DNA of 64,000 nucleotides from Ignavibacteriota bacterium (GCA_963727825.1 CAVSHO010000010.1:64001-128000), one strand, 5' to 3'. Positions 1 through 10,684 are shown, counted from the stretch's first letter. Translations and numbers: made by a program. The notes: generated by a model not told the origin, from the letters alone.

Positions 1-573
1 GAGGAAGCTTTAACAGAAGATTCAGAGCTTAGCATCCGAATTTACGAAGCGGGTTACAAAATTAAATTTATTCCCTATGCAATAACATACGAACAAGAAC
101 CGCAAAAGTGGGGTGTCTGGATTCGACAGCGCATGCGATGGGTACGGGGTAACAATTATGTCGCAAAAAAATTCTGGAAAGAAATTCCACATTTCAAGAG
201 CAAAAGATTGGCGTTTGATTTGCTGTACACACTCTCACTCTACTATATTTTCTTTTTCGCTGTCGTTTTCTCGGACATACTATTCATTGTAAGTTTATTT
301 CAATTGGTGACAATTTCTTTACCTGGCCCTTATACTTTTGTGTGGGTAACGTCTTTAATTTTGTTCATCTTTGAAATATTTCTCGCGATTTCATACGACG
401 ATGAAGATAACCTTAAAAATCTTGCCATTGTTGTTCTCATGTACTTTTCCTACTGCCAATTGTGGATTTACGTGGTTATCAAAGCAGCATATCAGGATTA
501 CATTAAAAAGGAAAAACACATCTGGGATAAAACAATACGGTTTGATCCACTTGCAGCGCCACCAAAGAAATAA
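1..573 (+). CDS. Family 2 processive glycosyltransferase, C-terminal part (5' truncated by window edge)
   Basis: Frame 1 is open from base 1: EEALTEDSELSIR...IRQRMRWVRGN gives the TED and QRxRW motifs, followed by TM helices. Confidence 0.85.
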   Translation, partial: EEALTEDSELSIRIYEAGYKIKFIPYAITYEQEPQKWGVWIRQRMRWVRGNNYVAKKFWKEIPHFKSKRLAFDLLYTLSLYYIFFFAVVFSDILFIVSLFQLVTISLPGPYTFVWVTSLILFIFEIFLAISYDDEDNLKNLAIVVLMYFSYCQLWIYVVIKAAYQDYIKKEKHIWDKTIRFDPLAAPPKK

Positions 574-598
574 TAAACCGCGGAATACGCATCAAAAT

Positions 599-762
599 AC
601 TTCATCTAAAGAAATTCATCTTTTGTTTCAGCTCATTGATGAAGCATATGAGAAGCACGCATGGCAAGGAACAAACCTGCGCGGTTCTATTCGCGGGTTG
701 ACTGCGAAAGAAGCTGCGTGGCTCCGGCACCAAATCGGCACAATATCTTGGAGATTGTAATT
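599..762 (+). pseudogene. Truncated, frameshifted DinB-family (DinB/YfiT-like) gene remnant
   Basis: Reads LLFQLIDEAYEKHAWQGTNLRGSIRGLTAKEAAW, then in a shifted frame PAPNRHNILEIVI. This resembles the DinB-like N-terminus (AWHG..L..V....A.W.P....H.IWEIV). No start codon and no C-terminal half. Confidence 0.6.
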
Positions 763-787
763 AAAATGCCCAAACAAGGAGAGAAGA

Positions 788-2179
788 ATGACACTTTTTA
801 AGTGGAAATTCATAGGTGTAATTGCCTTGTTTTTATATATACCGATAAAATTGTTACTATCTACAAATATTGTGCAGTTCACTCCCGATGATGGCTTTTA
901 TTATCTCACATTGGCGAGACATTTTGCAAATTCTGGAAAATGGACATTCGATGGAATACATGCAACAAGCGGATTCCATTTGTTATGGGCTTATTTATTA
1001 GCTGTAATCAGTTTTATAATTCGACCATCGGTAGATACCTTTCCAATTCTTGGATTGGCAATGAGTTTTTTAATAATAGTAGGAATGATAATCTATGCTG
1101 ATAGGACACAGAGTGCAATTACGATGTTGTGGCTATTGTTTCTCATCACAACGCCAATATTTATTTATAATTCGATCTCACTTACAGAATTTTGCTTAGT
1201 AGTATTGTGTTCCTATTGTGTTATCAACGACAAGCATCCATTGATATTTTCAATGCTTGGTGGACTTGCGCGAACGGAGTTTATTGTAATTCCACTGACA
1301 GTATTCACGATACAGCTTATTTTATCGAAGAAATACAATTATAAAATATTACTCATCGGTATAATTGGAATAGGAATAGTTGTTCTGCACACTTTTATTA
1401 TAACCGGAGAATTTATTCAGTCGAGTGCCTTAATAAAACATGAATGGGTACAGTATTATTCATCTAATGTATTGCTTAATAATTCTCTATACCTGAGTAC
1501 AAATTTCTTTTATGCTTATTCATTTCAAGCGAAAAAAATTGTTTTTGTAATTATAATTATCCTTGCGTTTATTTTGATAATCCGCAACAGGTACAATAAT
1601 AAAGCATTTCAAGAATTAAATATTTCTTTGTCTCTTATTCTTGTATTCACTGGATTATATTGGAACAGCGCTGATGTACAGGGGTGGTATGTTGGAGTTT
1701 TCTTTGTGCCAGTATTTATTATAGGCAAATATACGGTGCAAGAAGTGAATATTGTTCCGGCTTATTTGATTCTTGTTTGTGCGATATTGTATAATCTTTC
1801 TTTTAAATATCAACCGTACTATCCACATCAGGAGTATACGTCGAGAGCGGCCAGGTATTTATCAGAGAACAAATTAGATGGTAAGGTTGCCTCTTGGAAC
1901 GCAGGGATTATCGGATATTATGAGGGTGGTAACGTGATAAATCTTGATGGATTGGTGAACAATAGTATTTATCCATACATAAAGTCCAACAATGTTCCAG
2001 AGTATTTGAAGAAAGAGAACATTCGATATATCGTAGATTTCTCTAATATGTATCGTGACCCGTATCCGCGACGCGGCGGTTATAATAACAATGATTTTTT
2101 ACATACCCTAAAACCAATATATACCTTTGATTCAGGTCAATACTATTGGAATTATTTGTGTATTGCGAAAATAAACTAA
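788..2179 (+). CDS. Polytopic membrane protein, probable GT-C fold (ArnT/PMT-like) glycosyltransferase
   Basis: 463 aa with many TM segments, a DDGFYY motif after TM1 and a C-terminal 'AGIIGYY...INLDGLVN' domain. Preceded by AAGGAGAG RBS. Confidence 0.6.
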   Translation: MTLFKWKFIGVIALFLYIPIKLLLSTNIVQFTPDDGFYYLTLARHFANSGKWTFDGIHATSGFHLLWAYLLAVISFIIRPSVDTFPILGLAMSFLIIVGMIIYADRTQSAITMLWLLFLITTPIFIYNSISLTEFCLVVLCSYCVINDKHPLIFSMLGGLARTEFIVIPLTVFTIQLILSKKYNYKILLIGIIGIGIVVLHTFIITGEFIQSSALIKHEWVQYYSSNVLLNNSLYLSTNFFYAYSFQAKKIVFVIIIILAFILIIRNRYNNKAFQELNISLSLILVFTGLYWNSADVQGWYVGVFFVPVFIIGKYTVQEVNIVPAYLILVCAILYNLSFKYQPYYPHQEYTSRAARYLSENKLDGKVASWNAGIIGYYEGGNVINLDGLVNNSIYPYIKSNNVPEYLKKENIRYIVDFSNMYRDPYPRRGGYNNNDFLHTLKPIYTFDSGQYYWNYLCIAKIN

Positions 2180-2274
2180 ATGTGAATCATCGCAAGGACT
2201 AACCATTTGTTATTTTTATATGCCAATACTGTTCCAATGATCAAGCGTAAAAATATTAAGATGACGCTTCTCAA

Positions 2275-2303
2275 TTGATAAAAAGAGAATAGTTTTGTAT
2301 AAT
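2275..2303 (+). promoter_or_regulatory. Sigma70-type promoter for the tRNA-Gln/tRNA-Glu pair
   Basis: TTGATA-17 bp-TATAAT, about 60 bp upstream of tRNA-Gln. Confidence 0.6.
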
Positions 2304-2361
2304 ATTATTGCAAGGTAATACAATCGAAATTTCCAGTAAAAAGAATTTTGACATATCTTAT

Positions 2362-2434
2362 TGCCCCGTAGTGTAATTGGCAACACGCCTGACTCTGGAT
2401 CAGGAAAGTCTAGGTTCGACCCCTAGCGGGGCAG
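2362..2434 (+). tRNA. tRNA-Gln (anticodon CTG)
   Basis: Acceptor TGCCCCG/CGGGGCA, anticodon arm CCTGA-CT CTG GA-TCAGG, T-loop GTTCGAC. CCA not encoded. Confidence 0.95.
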
Positions 2435-2441
2435 CACACAT

Positions 2442-2491
2442 TTGCGAATTGCGGATTTTTAATTTCGAAATTGAAAATTTGAAATTCGCAA
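2442..2491. repeat. About 50-bp imperfect inverted repeat with 7-bp periodicity in the tRNA spacer
   Basis: TTGCGAATT...ATTTT-TAATTT-CG-AAATTG-AAAAT...AATTCGCAA. Confidence 0.7.
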
Positions 2492-2497
2492 TTTAAT

Positions 2498-2570
2498 GGC
2501 CTTATCGTCTAACGGTTTAGGACGTGACCCTCTCAAGGTCGAAATACGGGTTCGATTCCCGTTAAGGCTA
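2498..2570 (+). tRNA. tRNA-Glu (anticodon CTC)
   Basis: Acceptor GGCCTTA/TAAGGCT, anticodon arm TGACC-CT CTC AA-GGTCG, T-loop GTTCGAT. Confidence 0.95.
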
Positions 2571-2912
2571 CTTCATCAAATTGCACTCTTCACTTCAACC
2601 TAAACAGTTTTAAACGTGTTGCATTCAAAAAATTTCTTTAAGAAAACCTTCGGTGTTCCAATTGCATTGAGACTTTCCCAGGGTTAAACGCAAAGATCTA
2701 CCAATATTAACTATTTCTGCGTTTTTATTGAATATTCGGCATTTCTCACGATTCTGTGCTCTCAACAGATCAAATTCAACAGCTACTTTTTAGTATCAGG
2801 CTTTTCCATTAAAATATATTTTTTTATTATTTCTTAAATTTTATTTGCTCATTTCATCAAGAATCTATATTTTCCACCACGTTTTCTTAACATTATCTAA
2901 AAGTGACAAATT

Positions 2913-5900
2913 ATGGCAATTGATCTGCTCGAGCAGATACATCCTCATATAAAGGATTCAATCTATCCATTGCGAACTCCTCTTCCGGATTGGAGGATGA
3001 AAGAGGGCGACATTCCCGATGGTGGGTCAGCGTCATTGCATGATAAATCGTGGACGTCAATTCGAATTCCTTTCCAATGGGGGAAGTACGATAAAACGTA
3101 CTGGTTTCGACAAACGATTACGATAACACAGGATTTTTCTGGAAAACCGTTAGTCTTACTTCTTGATTTTCCCGATGCACTTCTTTACCTCAATGGAAAA
3201 CCATTTCATGGTATAGACCATAATCACAAAGAGATTTTAATTTGTGAAAAATCAAAACTCAACGAGCAATTTGTTATTGCCATTCAGGCATATAGCGGAC
3301 GAAAACATGAACACAACACTTTCTCTATAGCGGAACTCGCGGTATTGGACACAACTGCACGCCGCCTTGATAGTGCTTTGACTGTTCTCCAGGAACTCGA
3401 TAAACTGATAGATCACGGATCGTACGAATCGAAAAAAATTCGCGAGCTGATTCACCGAACGCTCATCTTCTTAAAGTACTTTAAACCCGGCAGTGAAGAA
3501 TATCCTAACGCAATCCGCCGGGCATATAATTTTCTTCTCAACACGCTTGACACAGATATTAAGACGACAATTCCTGGACTTGTCTATCTCATCGGACATT
3601 CGCACATCGACACTGCATGGTTGTGGACACTTCATGAAACGTCAAGGAAGTGCGGCCGCACATTTTCGTCAGTATTGAGATTGATGGAAGAGTTTCCAGA
3701 ATTTAAGTTCTCCCAGGGTCAGCCAATTTTATACGAATTCACAAAACGGCATTATCCTGATTTATATAGGCAAATTAATCAACGTATTACGGAAGGAAAA
3801 TGGGAACCGCTTGGTTCGATGTGGACTGAAGCCGACTGCAATATACCGAATGGCGAATCGCTTATTCGTCAGATCATATTTGGAAAAAGGTTCTTCAAGC
3901 AAGAATTTGGAATTGATTCAAATATACTCTGGCTTCCTGATTCGTTCGGCTTTAATTGGTCGCTGCCTCAAATACTTAAGAAATCCGGAATAACAAATTT
4001 TTATTCTTCCAAACTTTTATGGAACGACAAAACAATATTTCCGCACACGTCGTTTTGGTGGCAAGGAATTGATAAGACAAAAATTCTTTCACACATCTCG
4101 CCAGTTGGGCTTGAAGGTCATATTACGCCGAAGTCTATCCTGAAGAATGTAAATCAAACACAGCTGGATCAAACAATACCACCAGTCCTCCAAACCTATG
4201 GATTCGGTGATGGCGGCGGCGGACCGGTAAAAGAAAACCTTGAATTTGCCGTTATACTCAAAACAATCTTAGGATTGCCGTCTTCTCAGCTTTCGTTTGC
4301 TCGAGATTTTTTCAAACAATTAGAAGAACAATCGGCAGACCTTCCAACGTGGAACGACGAGCTTTATCTTGAAACGCATCGTGGTACATATACGACCCAA
4401 GCTAAACTTAAAAAAGAGAACCGTGAAAGTGAAACTCTTATCTATTCTTCCGAGCTTCTCTCTACTCTCGCTATGTTATTTGGAAAAAATACAACTGCAC
4501 GACGTTATCCAAAACAGAAACTTGAAGAAGCATGGAAGAAACTGCTTCTCAATCAATCCCATGATATAATTACTGGCACGTCAATTGCCGATGTTTACGA
4601 AGATGCCAAGCGGGATTATAAAGACATCAAGATGATTTGCACGGATGTAATTAGTAATTGTATTCAAGGATTATCCCTGCCTGCTAAGAAAAGCAAATCA
4701 GAGTTTCATTTTACGCTTTTTAACTCACTCGGCTGGCAGCGAAATGAATATGTAGAAGTATTTGTAAAATCGGATGAAAAGAATCTTTCTGTTGAAAACT
4801 CGGATGGGAATCCCATCGTTTATCAGACTGTAAAGCGAACAAAGACAGGGCAAACAATTCTTTGTTTTATAGAGAACATCCCCGCTTTTGGATTCAAGCA
4901 TATTATTGTCCGCACACATGGAAACAAAACAGAGTCGTTAGAACTTTGGCCGACATCATTAAATAAGTTAGAAACACCTTTTTATAGAATTCGCTTAGGT
5001 GGCAAGGGCATTTTCAAATCACTTTATGCAAAGCAATTACGGCGTGAATTATTTCAAAAAGGCAAGATCGGAAATTCCTTTGCAACATTCCGTGATGTGC
5101 CCAAGCAATGGGAGGCATGGAACATTGATGCCGAATATGAAAAACACCGGATCGATTTGTGGAAATTCAAGCAATGTAAAATAATTGAGCAGGGTCCTTT
5201 ACGCGCAACAATTCGGTTTGAGCTCAAAACGGAAAACGGATCCATTCTCTCCCAGAATATTCATTTCTACCATCATTCGCCGCGGATTGATTTCCAAACA
5301 TACATACGTTGGGAGGAAAAGCAAGTGCTGCTGAAGGTTGCTTTCCCGTTCAATATGAAAATATCGGACTCGACATATGAGATCCAATTTGGTGCAATAA
5401 ATCGATCATCGAAACCACGTACAGATGAGGATATCGCGAAATTTGAGGTGCCTGCACAACAATGGGCAGACATGTCTGATACAAAATATGGCGTCAGCCT
5501 ACTAAATGACTGCAAATATGGGTACAATGCAAAAGAAAATACACTCCAGTTGACTCTTTTAAGATCGCCCCGTTATCCAAATCCTATCGAACCCTGGCAT
5601 TGTGATGAAAGTGTAATCGATCAAGGTGAACATACATTTAGTTATTCTCTATTTCCCCATAGCGGTGACTGGGCAAAAGGCGGAACAGTTCATAAGGCAC
5701 GGGAATTTAATAATTCAATTTTAATATTTCAGAATCTTCAAGTAGATAGTATTCCATCACTCTTTGAATCTTCAAAGGCTAACATTATTGTCGATGCGGT
5801 CAAGAAGGCCGAAGATAGCGATGCTGTCATTATAAGAATGCATGAAGCGCATGGTGTTCCGACAGATACGTCGCTCCGTTTTGGAATTGATGCATCGAGT

Positions 5901-6035
5901 GCAACGGAATGCAATTTACTAGAAAATGACGAAAAGTTGCACAAAATTACTAGATCAAAATTGGCTATCAAATTTAAACCTTTTGAAATTAAAACACTCA
6001 AATTGGCAACGAAGCCGTCAAAAAAGAATCGTTGA
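2913..6035 (+). CDS. Alpha-mannosidase, glycoside hydrolase family 38 (cytoplasmic type)
   Basis: HSHIDTAWLW, WLPDSFG (nucleophile), GDGGGGP, HRGTYTTQ and LLNQSHDIITG motifs. 1040 aa, no signal peptide. Confidence 0.9.
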   Translation: MAIDLLEQIHPHIKDSIYPLRTPLPDWRMKEGDIPDGGSASLHDKSWTSIRIPFQWGKYDKTYWFRQTITITQDFSGKPLVLLLDFPDALLYLNGKPFHGIDHNHKEILICEKSKLNEQFVIAIQAYSGRKHEHNTFSIAELAVLDTTARRLDSALTVLQELDKLIDHGSYESKKIRELIHRTLIFLKYFKPGSEEYPNAIRRAYNFLLNTLDTDIKTTIPGLVYLIGHSHIDTAWLWTLHETSRKCGRTFSSVLRLMEEFPEFKFSQGQPILYEFTKRHYPDLYRQINQRITEGKWEPLGSMWTEADCNIPNGESLIRQIIFGKRFFKQEFGIDSNILWLPDSFGFNWSLPQILKKSGITNFYSSKLLWNDKTIFPHTSFWWQGIDKTKILSHISPVGLEGHITPKSILKNVNQTQLDQTIPPVLQTYGFGDGGGGPVKENLEFAVILKTILGLPSSQLSFARDFFKQLEEQSADLPTWNDELYLETHRGTYTTQAKLKKENRESETLIYSSELLSTLAMLFGKNTTARRYPKQKLEEAWKKLLLNQSHDIITGTSIADVYEDAKRDYKDIKMICTDVISNCIQGLSLPAKKSKSEFHFTLFNSLGWQRNEYVEVFVKSDEKNLSVENSDGNPIVYQTVKRTKTGQTILCFIENIPAFGFKHIIVRTHGNKTESLELWPTSLNKLETPFYRIRLGGKGIFKSLYAKQLRRELFQKGKIGNSFATFRDVPKQWEAWNIDAEYEKHRIDLWKFKQCKIIEQGPLRATIRFELKTENGSILSQNIHFYHHSPRIDFQTYIRWEEKQVLLKVAFPFNMKISDSTYEIQFGAINRSSKPRTDEDIAKFEVPAQQWADMSDTKYGVSLLNDCKYGYNAKENTLQLTLLRSPRYPNPIEPWHCDESVIDQGEHTFSYSLFPHSGDWAKGGTVHKAREFNNSILIFQNLQVDSIPSLFESSKANIIVDAVKKAEDSDAVIIRMHEAHGVPTDTSLRFGIDASSATECNLLENDEKLHKITRSKLAIKFKPFEIKTLKLATKPSKKNR

Positions 6036-6078
6036 TGAGTTTTCAAAATGTTCGTAAACAATAAAACAGAATACAACG

Positions 6079-6951
6079 ATGAAACTTACAGAACTTCTCA
6101 CCCGCTTCAAAAAGGGAATCACTGTTGCTATAAGTCTTGTCATCGTCGAGCATGTTGCATGGATTGTTGAACCAGCTGTATTCGGAAAAGTTATTGATGC
6201 TTTAATTGAACGTGCTTCTGGCCAGGCTGGCAGTATTAATGCCTCACTGTTTCCTCTGTTCTTATGGATTGGAGTCTTCGCAATTAATTCCGGCACCGGA
6301 GTCATCCGGCGAATCGTCGATCAAAAAATCTATCTCGCGATGTTCACTCAATTGGCAACAGACATTTCTACTGTTGCGCAAGAAAAAAAGTTCCGTGCTT
6401 CAAAGACTGCAGCGCTTGCACAGTTGTCAGAGCAATATATTACATTTTTTCAATATCGTATTCCGGAGATCATTGAACAAGTTGTCCAGATTGGCGGGGC
6501 TGTCATTGCGCTTGCGATATTCGATTGGCGAATCTCCATTACTTGTTTAACTATTATCTTACCGCTTCTTTTAATAAATGGAATTTACACGCGAAAAGTC
6601 AGCGGACTACAGAAAGATTCACATGATATTTTTGAGAATGCGTACGATGTGTTTTCTACGCAGAAACCGGAAGAAATCCATGGTTACTATGCAAAATCAG
6701 CAAGCATTAAACAGAAGATTGCAAACTGGGGTGCGCTTAATTTTGGAGTGATGCGATTCATTTTACTTTTTATCTTTCTCGCTGTTCTCTACATATCCAT
6801 CGATCTAGACGATTTTACTACCGGCAGTATTTATTCTATCGTGGCGTATATTTGGACATTTATAACATCTTCCGAATATATTCCGGAATTGATGGAGAGT
6901 TGGACTTCCCTCAAAGATATTTCTAACCGCTTAAATCAAGCGTCGCTTTAA
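6079..6951 (+). CDS. ABC-transporter six-TM-domain-like membrane protein (no ATPase domain)
   Basis: 290 aa, about 6 TM helices, 'PAVFGKVIDAL' start typical of ABC exporter TMDs. Confidence 0.65.
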   Translation: MKLTELLTRFKKGITVAISLVIVEHVAWIVEPAVFGKVIDALIERASGQAGSINASLFPLFLWIGVFAINSGTGVIRRIVDQKIYLAMFTQLATDISTVAQEKKFRASKTAALAQLSEQYITFFQYRIPEIIEQVVQIGGAVIALAIFDWRISITCLTIILPLLLINGIYTRKVSGLQKDSHDIFENAYDVFSTQKPEEIHGYYAKSASIKQKIANWGALNFGVMRFILLFIFLAVLYISIDLDDFTTGSIYSIVAYIWTFITSSEYIPELMESWTSLKDISNRLNQASL

Positions 6952-6959
6952 TACCTATT

Positions 6960-7340
6960 CTATATTGTCTCGTTAAGCAAATTGCGAATCATCTCAATAA
7001 TTTGAGCTGCATTGTACGGCTTTTGGATAAAATCTCTTGCCCCTGATTTGATGATCTCAATTCTCACATCCGGGTTGAAAAATCCACTCGCAAGAATTCC
7101 TTTCAACTCTGGATTTACCTCCCTCATTTTTAGGAATGCCTCCCAGCCGCCAAGGCGCGGCAAACCAAGATCACTTAATACGATTCCGATTTCATCCTTA
7201 TGTGCCGTAAATATTTCCAAAGCTTCCATGCCATCCACTGCCTCGAGAACCTTAATTCCGCTATCTTCCAACATCATTCTTAGAAGATCCCTTAGGTTTT
7301 CCTCATCTTCCACGATGAGAACTGTGTTGTGACTATTCAC
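6960..7340 (-). CDS. Single-domain response regulator (receiver)
   Basis: VLIVEDE, LSDLGLP (phospho-Asp), FIQKPY. Confidence 0.9.
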   Translation of the reverse strand: MNSHNTVLIVEDEENLRDLLRMMLEDSGIKVLEAVDGMEALEIFTAHKDEIGIVLSDLGLPRLGGWEAFLKMREVNPELKGILASGFFNPDVRIEIIKSGARDFIQKPYNAAQIIEMIRNLLNETI

Positions 7341-7554
7341 TAATTTGATTTCTATTAATATTCAGTAGAGTACATTGTTAAATTTGTATGAGTGTACTTT
7401 GAATATTATGAAAATGCAATATCAATCAACGACCAGCGACAAATAAATAATGAGTTATTAGTGTGGAACAATAAAGACGAGATTACATGAATTATGCAGG
7501 TTTAAATAATCAGATAGAACTGCGATTTCATAACATTAAAACATTACAGCGATT

Positions 7555-9114
7555 TCAGAAAGGAAATTCTTGCTTGCTATCAAACGATGATTTAATCTTT
7601 TCTATCGTCGGTTTCTTTGCTGTTAAATGTACAGGATTGCTATTTACGAAGATTGCCTTCCGCGGCTGGGCAGGGCAGGCATGCTCACAGGCACCGCAAC
7701 CGATACAGATTTCATCATCTACTTCCGGAACGACGAGCCATTCTTCGTACGGTACCATCTTCACTGCTTTTGTGGGACAATGCTCTGAACAAGCGCCGCA
7801 ATCTCTTTTCTTTGTAACGACTACGCAATCATCCTTGGCAAAGTGAGCTCGCCCTATTTGGACTTGTTTCTTAATATTTATATCAATCGGTAGAATAGCG
7901 CCTGTCGGACATACCTGGCTACAAATAACACAATCGAAATTGCAATAGCTTGCTGCATAATTCATTTTGGGCTGAAATATTCCGGCAATTCCATAATCAA
8001 GAAAAGAAGGAGATAATACTTGCGTTGGGCAAGAACTGACACATAAATGGCATGCCGTGCAAAGGCTTGAAAAATGTTCTATGCTTCTCGAGCCGGGAGG
8101 AGAAATGGGATGACGATGACTTTCATCGATCCTTATTTGATTCATTCCTGCACTGCTATTCTTATCTATCTCCGGTAATAGCAAGCCAAGTGCGGGTAAA
8201 ATAGATGTTTTTAGTATTTTTCGCCGCCCCTCATCTACAATCGGTAAAATATTTGAAGTTTTTTTCCATCTTCTTTCGTAACTCATTCCGACTGTCGGAC
8301 AAGCATCAATACAGTTAAAACATCCAACGCAAGCAGCAAAATCAACTTCCTTTGAATCACTATTGATGCAGTTTGCCTTGCACACTCTCTCGCATAGACC
8401 GCATTCTTTACAGTTATTTTCATCTATTACTATTTTAAATATTGAGAATCTTGAAATAATTCCAAGCAATGCTCCTACCGGACAGAGCAAATTGCAAAAC
8501 AATCTTCCATGATAATAAGAAAGATATAAAATCAAGCCAAGAAAAAATAAAGATGCAATAACCGATATAATATTAACATGAAGAAGTGGAATTTGAGAAA
8601 GAAAGAATAGGCCGAATAATTCAAAAATATTTCCGAGCACGTTATTTGCTAAAGCAATAGATGGACTTGCCAGATTAGAAAGAATTCGACCGTAATTACT
8701 GAAAGGTTCAAAAAGATTTAAAAGAATCATGCTTCCAATGAATGCCAATACCACTGCGAAAAGGAATAGAATATAATGAATTGTGTAGAATGGCTTTTTA
8801 AATTGGAACCGACGGCGCCGATTGATCCGTTTCGCAATGCGTATTGTAACATCCTGTAATATCCCAAGCGGACAGATTGTTGAACAATAAACTCTACCGA
8901 ATAGAAAAGTTAGAAGCAGAACAAAGAACAATCCGATGGATGCACTGCTGAAAAAAATCATTGTCCGTATCAAAGAGGGCGCAAGTTGCAATGAGGCAAG
9001 AAATGTATGCAATCCTGAAGAAGAGATATTGCCAAAATCAAGATAGAGGAAACTTATTGCGAAAAAGAACCCTGCAGCAATAATAACACGAATTTTTTTC
9101 AGCCACTGCAACAA
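7555..9114 (-). CDS. Membrane-bound polyferredoxin (4Fe-4S binding, NapH/RdxA-like N-terminus)
   Basis: GRVYCSTICPLG and GRLFCNLLCPVG motifs plus multiple CxxCxxCxxxCP motifs. Confidence 0.85.
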   Translation of the reverse strand: MLQWLKKIRVIIAAGFFFAISFLYLDFGNISSSGLHTFLASLQLAPSLIRTMIFFSSASIGLFFVLLLTFLFGRVYCSTICPLGILQDVTIRIAKRINRRRRFQFKKPFYTIHYILFLFAVVLAFIGSMILLNLFEPFSNYGRILSNLASPSIALANNVLGNIFELFGLFFLSQIPLLHVNIISVIASLFFLGLILYLSYYHGRLFCNLLCPVGALLGIISRFSIFKIVIDENNCKECGLCERVCKANCINSDSKEVDFAACVGCFNCIDACPTVGMSYERRWKKTSNILPIVDEGRRKILKTSILPALGLLLPEIDKNSSAGMNQIRIDESHRHPISPPGSRSIEHFSSLCTACHLCVSSCPTQVLSPSFLDYGIAGIFQPKMNYAASYCNFDCVICSQVCPTGAILPIDINIKKQVQIGRAHFAKDDCVVVTKKRDCGACSEHCPTKAVKMVPYEEWLVVPEVDDEICIGCGACEHACPAQPRKAIFVNSNPVHLTAKKPTIEKIKSSFDSKQEFPF

Positions 9115-9120
9115 ATCACC

Positions 9121-10041
9121 TCAAACTGTTATTCGCTTGATGCGGAGATTCTCCAAATCCATCCTGCCGACTTTCTGATCGGCGGCAAGCTGAATATAAC
9201 GGACATCGGATGGATTCATACCAAATAGTTTTGTTGCAGCAGTATCAATAGCTACCACATCTGTAGAAATGAGCAGAGATTTCATCGATACCAAGTCTTC
9301 TATAGAAACACCGCGAGGCCCATTTCGTTTCATCACATTGTAAGCATCAACAATATTAAGTGTCGGCTTGCGGTATGTTGCAAAGTCTGCAATACATTGA
9401 TGTAAATCGGTGCGATGCCAGATACCACGATCCCAGACATTTCCCATGAGATTTTTCATAGTAATTGTCATCCTGGTACCATCATGACATTTAAGTACCG
9501 GGACGTTAATAAAAACATCTGCCCCGAGTATGAGTTCGTGTTCTTTTGCTTTAGTAAGACTCTTTCCGTTTGGGATTGAAACTTCATGATAATAACTTTC
9601 AGTATGAGCCGGCGCAACCTTCCCGCCTGCTTCTTTTACTGCTGATTCTATCCCGCTGTTTTTATAACACCGCTGCCAATTATCGCATGTATGATCAAGC
9701 ACATAAACTTCGCTTGCTCCGGCATTGCGGCATTGACTAACAATTTCCGCTATCAACTTTGGATTTGTGTTGCCTGCGCGTTCTGGGCTGACGTCCCATC
9801 CAATATTCGGCTTGATTACTACTTTTTGTCCTTTCTTGACAAAGGTGCGAATCCCTCCCAGCGCTTCCATCCCCTTTTGCAACATTACATCCGGCTCACC
9901 GCCCTTAACTGCCACCAAATCAAACGGAACATTTGCGGAATCATAAGCGGTTGCAAACAGATTTTCATATTTGCCCGTAAGCGCAGCACCAACGACAACA
10001 GAGGCACCAAAGCTTTTTCTAAAGAAGGTTCTTCGATCCAT
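9121..10041 (-). CDS. DUF362-family protein with Tat signal
   Basis: MDRRTFF twin-arginine leader, VVIKPNIGW, INVPVLKCH, MKNLMG. Confidence 0.8.
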   Translation of the reverse strand: MDRRTFFRKSFGASVVVGAALTGKYENLFATAYDSANVPFDLVAVKGGEPDVMLQKGMEALGGIRTFVKKGQKVVIKPNIGWDVSPERAGNTNPKLIAEIVSQCRNAGASEVYVLDHTCDNWQRCYKNSGIESAVKEAGGKVAPAHTESYYHEVSIPNGKSLTKAKEHELILGADVFINVPVLKCHDGTRMTITMKNLMGNVWDRGIWHRTDLHQCIADFATYRKPTLNIVDAYNVMKRNGPRGVSIEDLVSMKSLLISTDVVAIDTAATKLFGMNPSDVRYIQLAADQKVGRMDLENLRIKRITV

Positions 10042-10105
10042 AAATACTCCTGCATCCTAATAAAACAATGTTCAATACTTACTAATCATCCGCCGAATAT
10101 AATGA

Positions 10106-10684
10106 TTAGTGCATCTTCATTCGCTGGAAATAAGAATACGTAATTGTTGCTGCAGCAATGATCTTTACTCCATCCCACCATGAGAATATCAAAAATCCAG
10201 CTTGAAAAGAATTTATCCAGTTGTGAAGATAGAGAAAGTTCAGTTGAATAGTACCAAGAGAGAATATTATTAAGGACCCAACGATCATAGAAATCATCAT
10301 CCACCAGTATTCACTACGAAGTCTGGTAAGATAACCAATAACAAACGCTGCAATAGGGAATGAAAGAAGGTATCCGCCGGTTGGCCCCAATATTTTTGAC
10401 AATCCAAACGCACCGCCAGCAAAAATTGGCAAACCAATTGCACCAAGAGTTAAATAAATGCCCATGCTTATAGCACCACCTCGTTTTCCCAATAATGCGC
10501 CAGCTGATAGGACGAAAAATGTTTGCATTGTAAATGGTACTGGTTGGTTCGGTATTTCAATTTGCGCTCCGATTGCCACAAGAACGGCAAATGTGAATGC
10601 CCAGAAAGCTTGAATATATACTCTCTTATCCGGTAAGCTTAACACTTTTAAATTAGTCTGGTCTCGCATAGTGATCATTTTCAT
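10106..10684 (-). CDS. bioY: Biotin transporter S-component BioY
   Basis: PVPFTMQTF, GAIGLPIFAGG and GPTGGYLLSF motifs. Confidence 0.9.
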   Translation of the reverse strand: MKMITMRDQTNLKVLSLPDKRVYIQAFWAFTFAVLVAIGAQIEIPNQPVPFTMQTFFVLSAGALLGKRGGAISMGIYLTLGAIGLPIFAGGAFGLSKILGPTGGYLLSFPIAAFVIGYLTRLRSEYWWMMISMIVGSLIIFSLGTIQLNFLYLHNWINSFQAGFLIFSWWDGVKIIAAATITYSYFQRMKMH

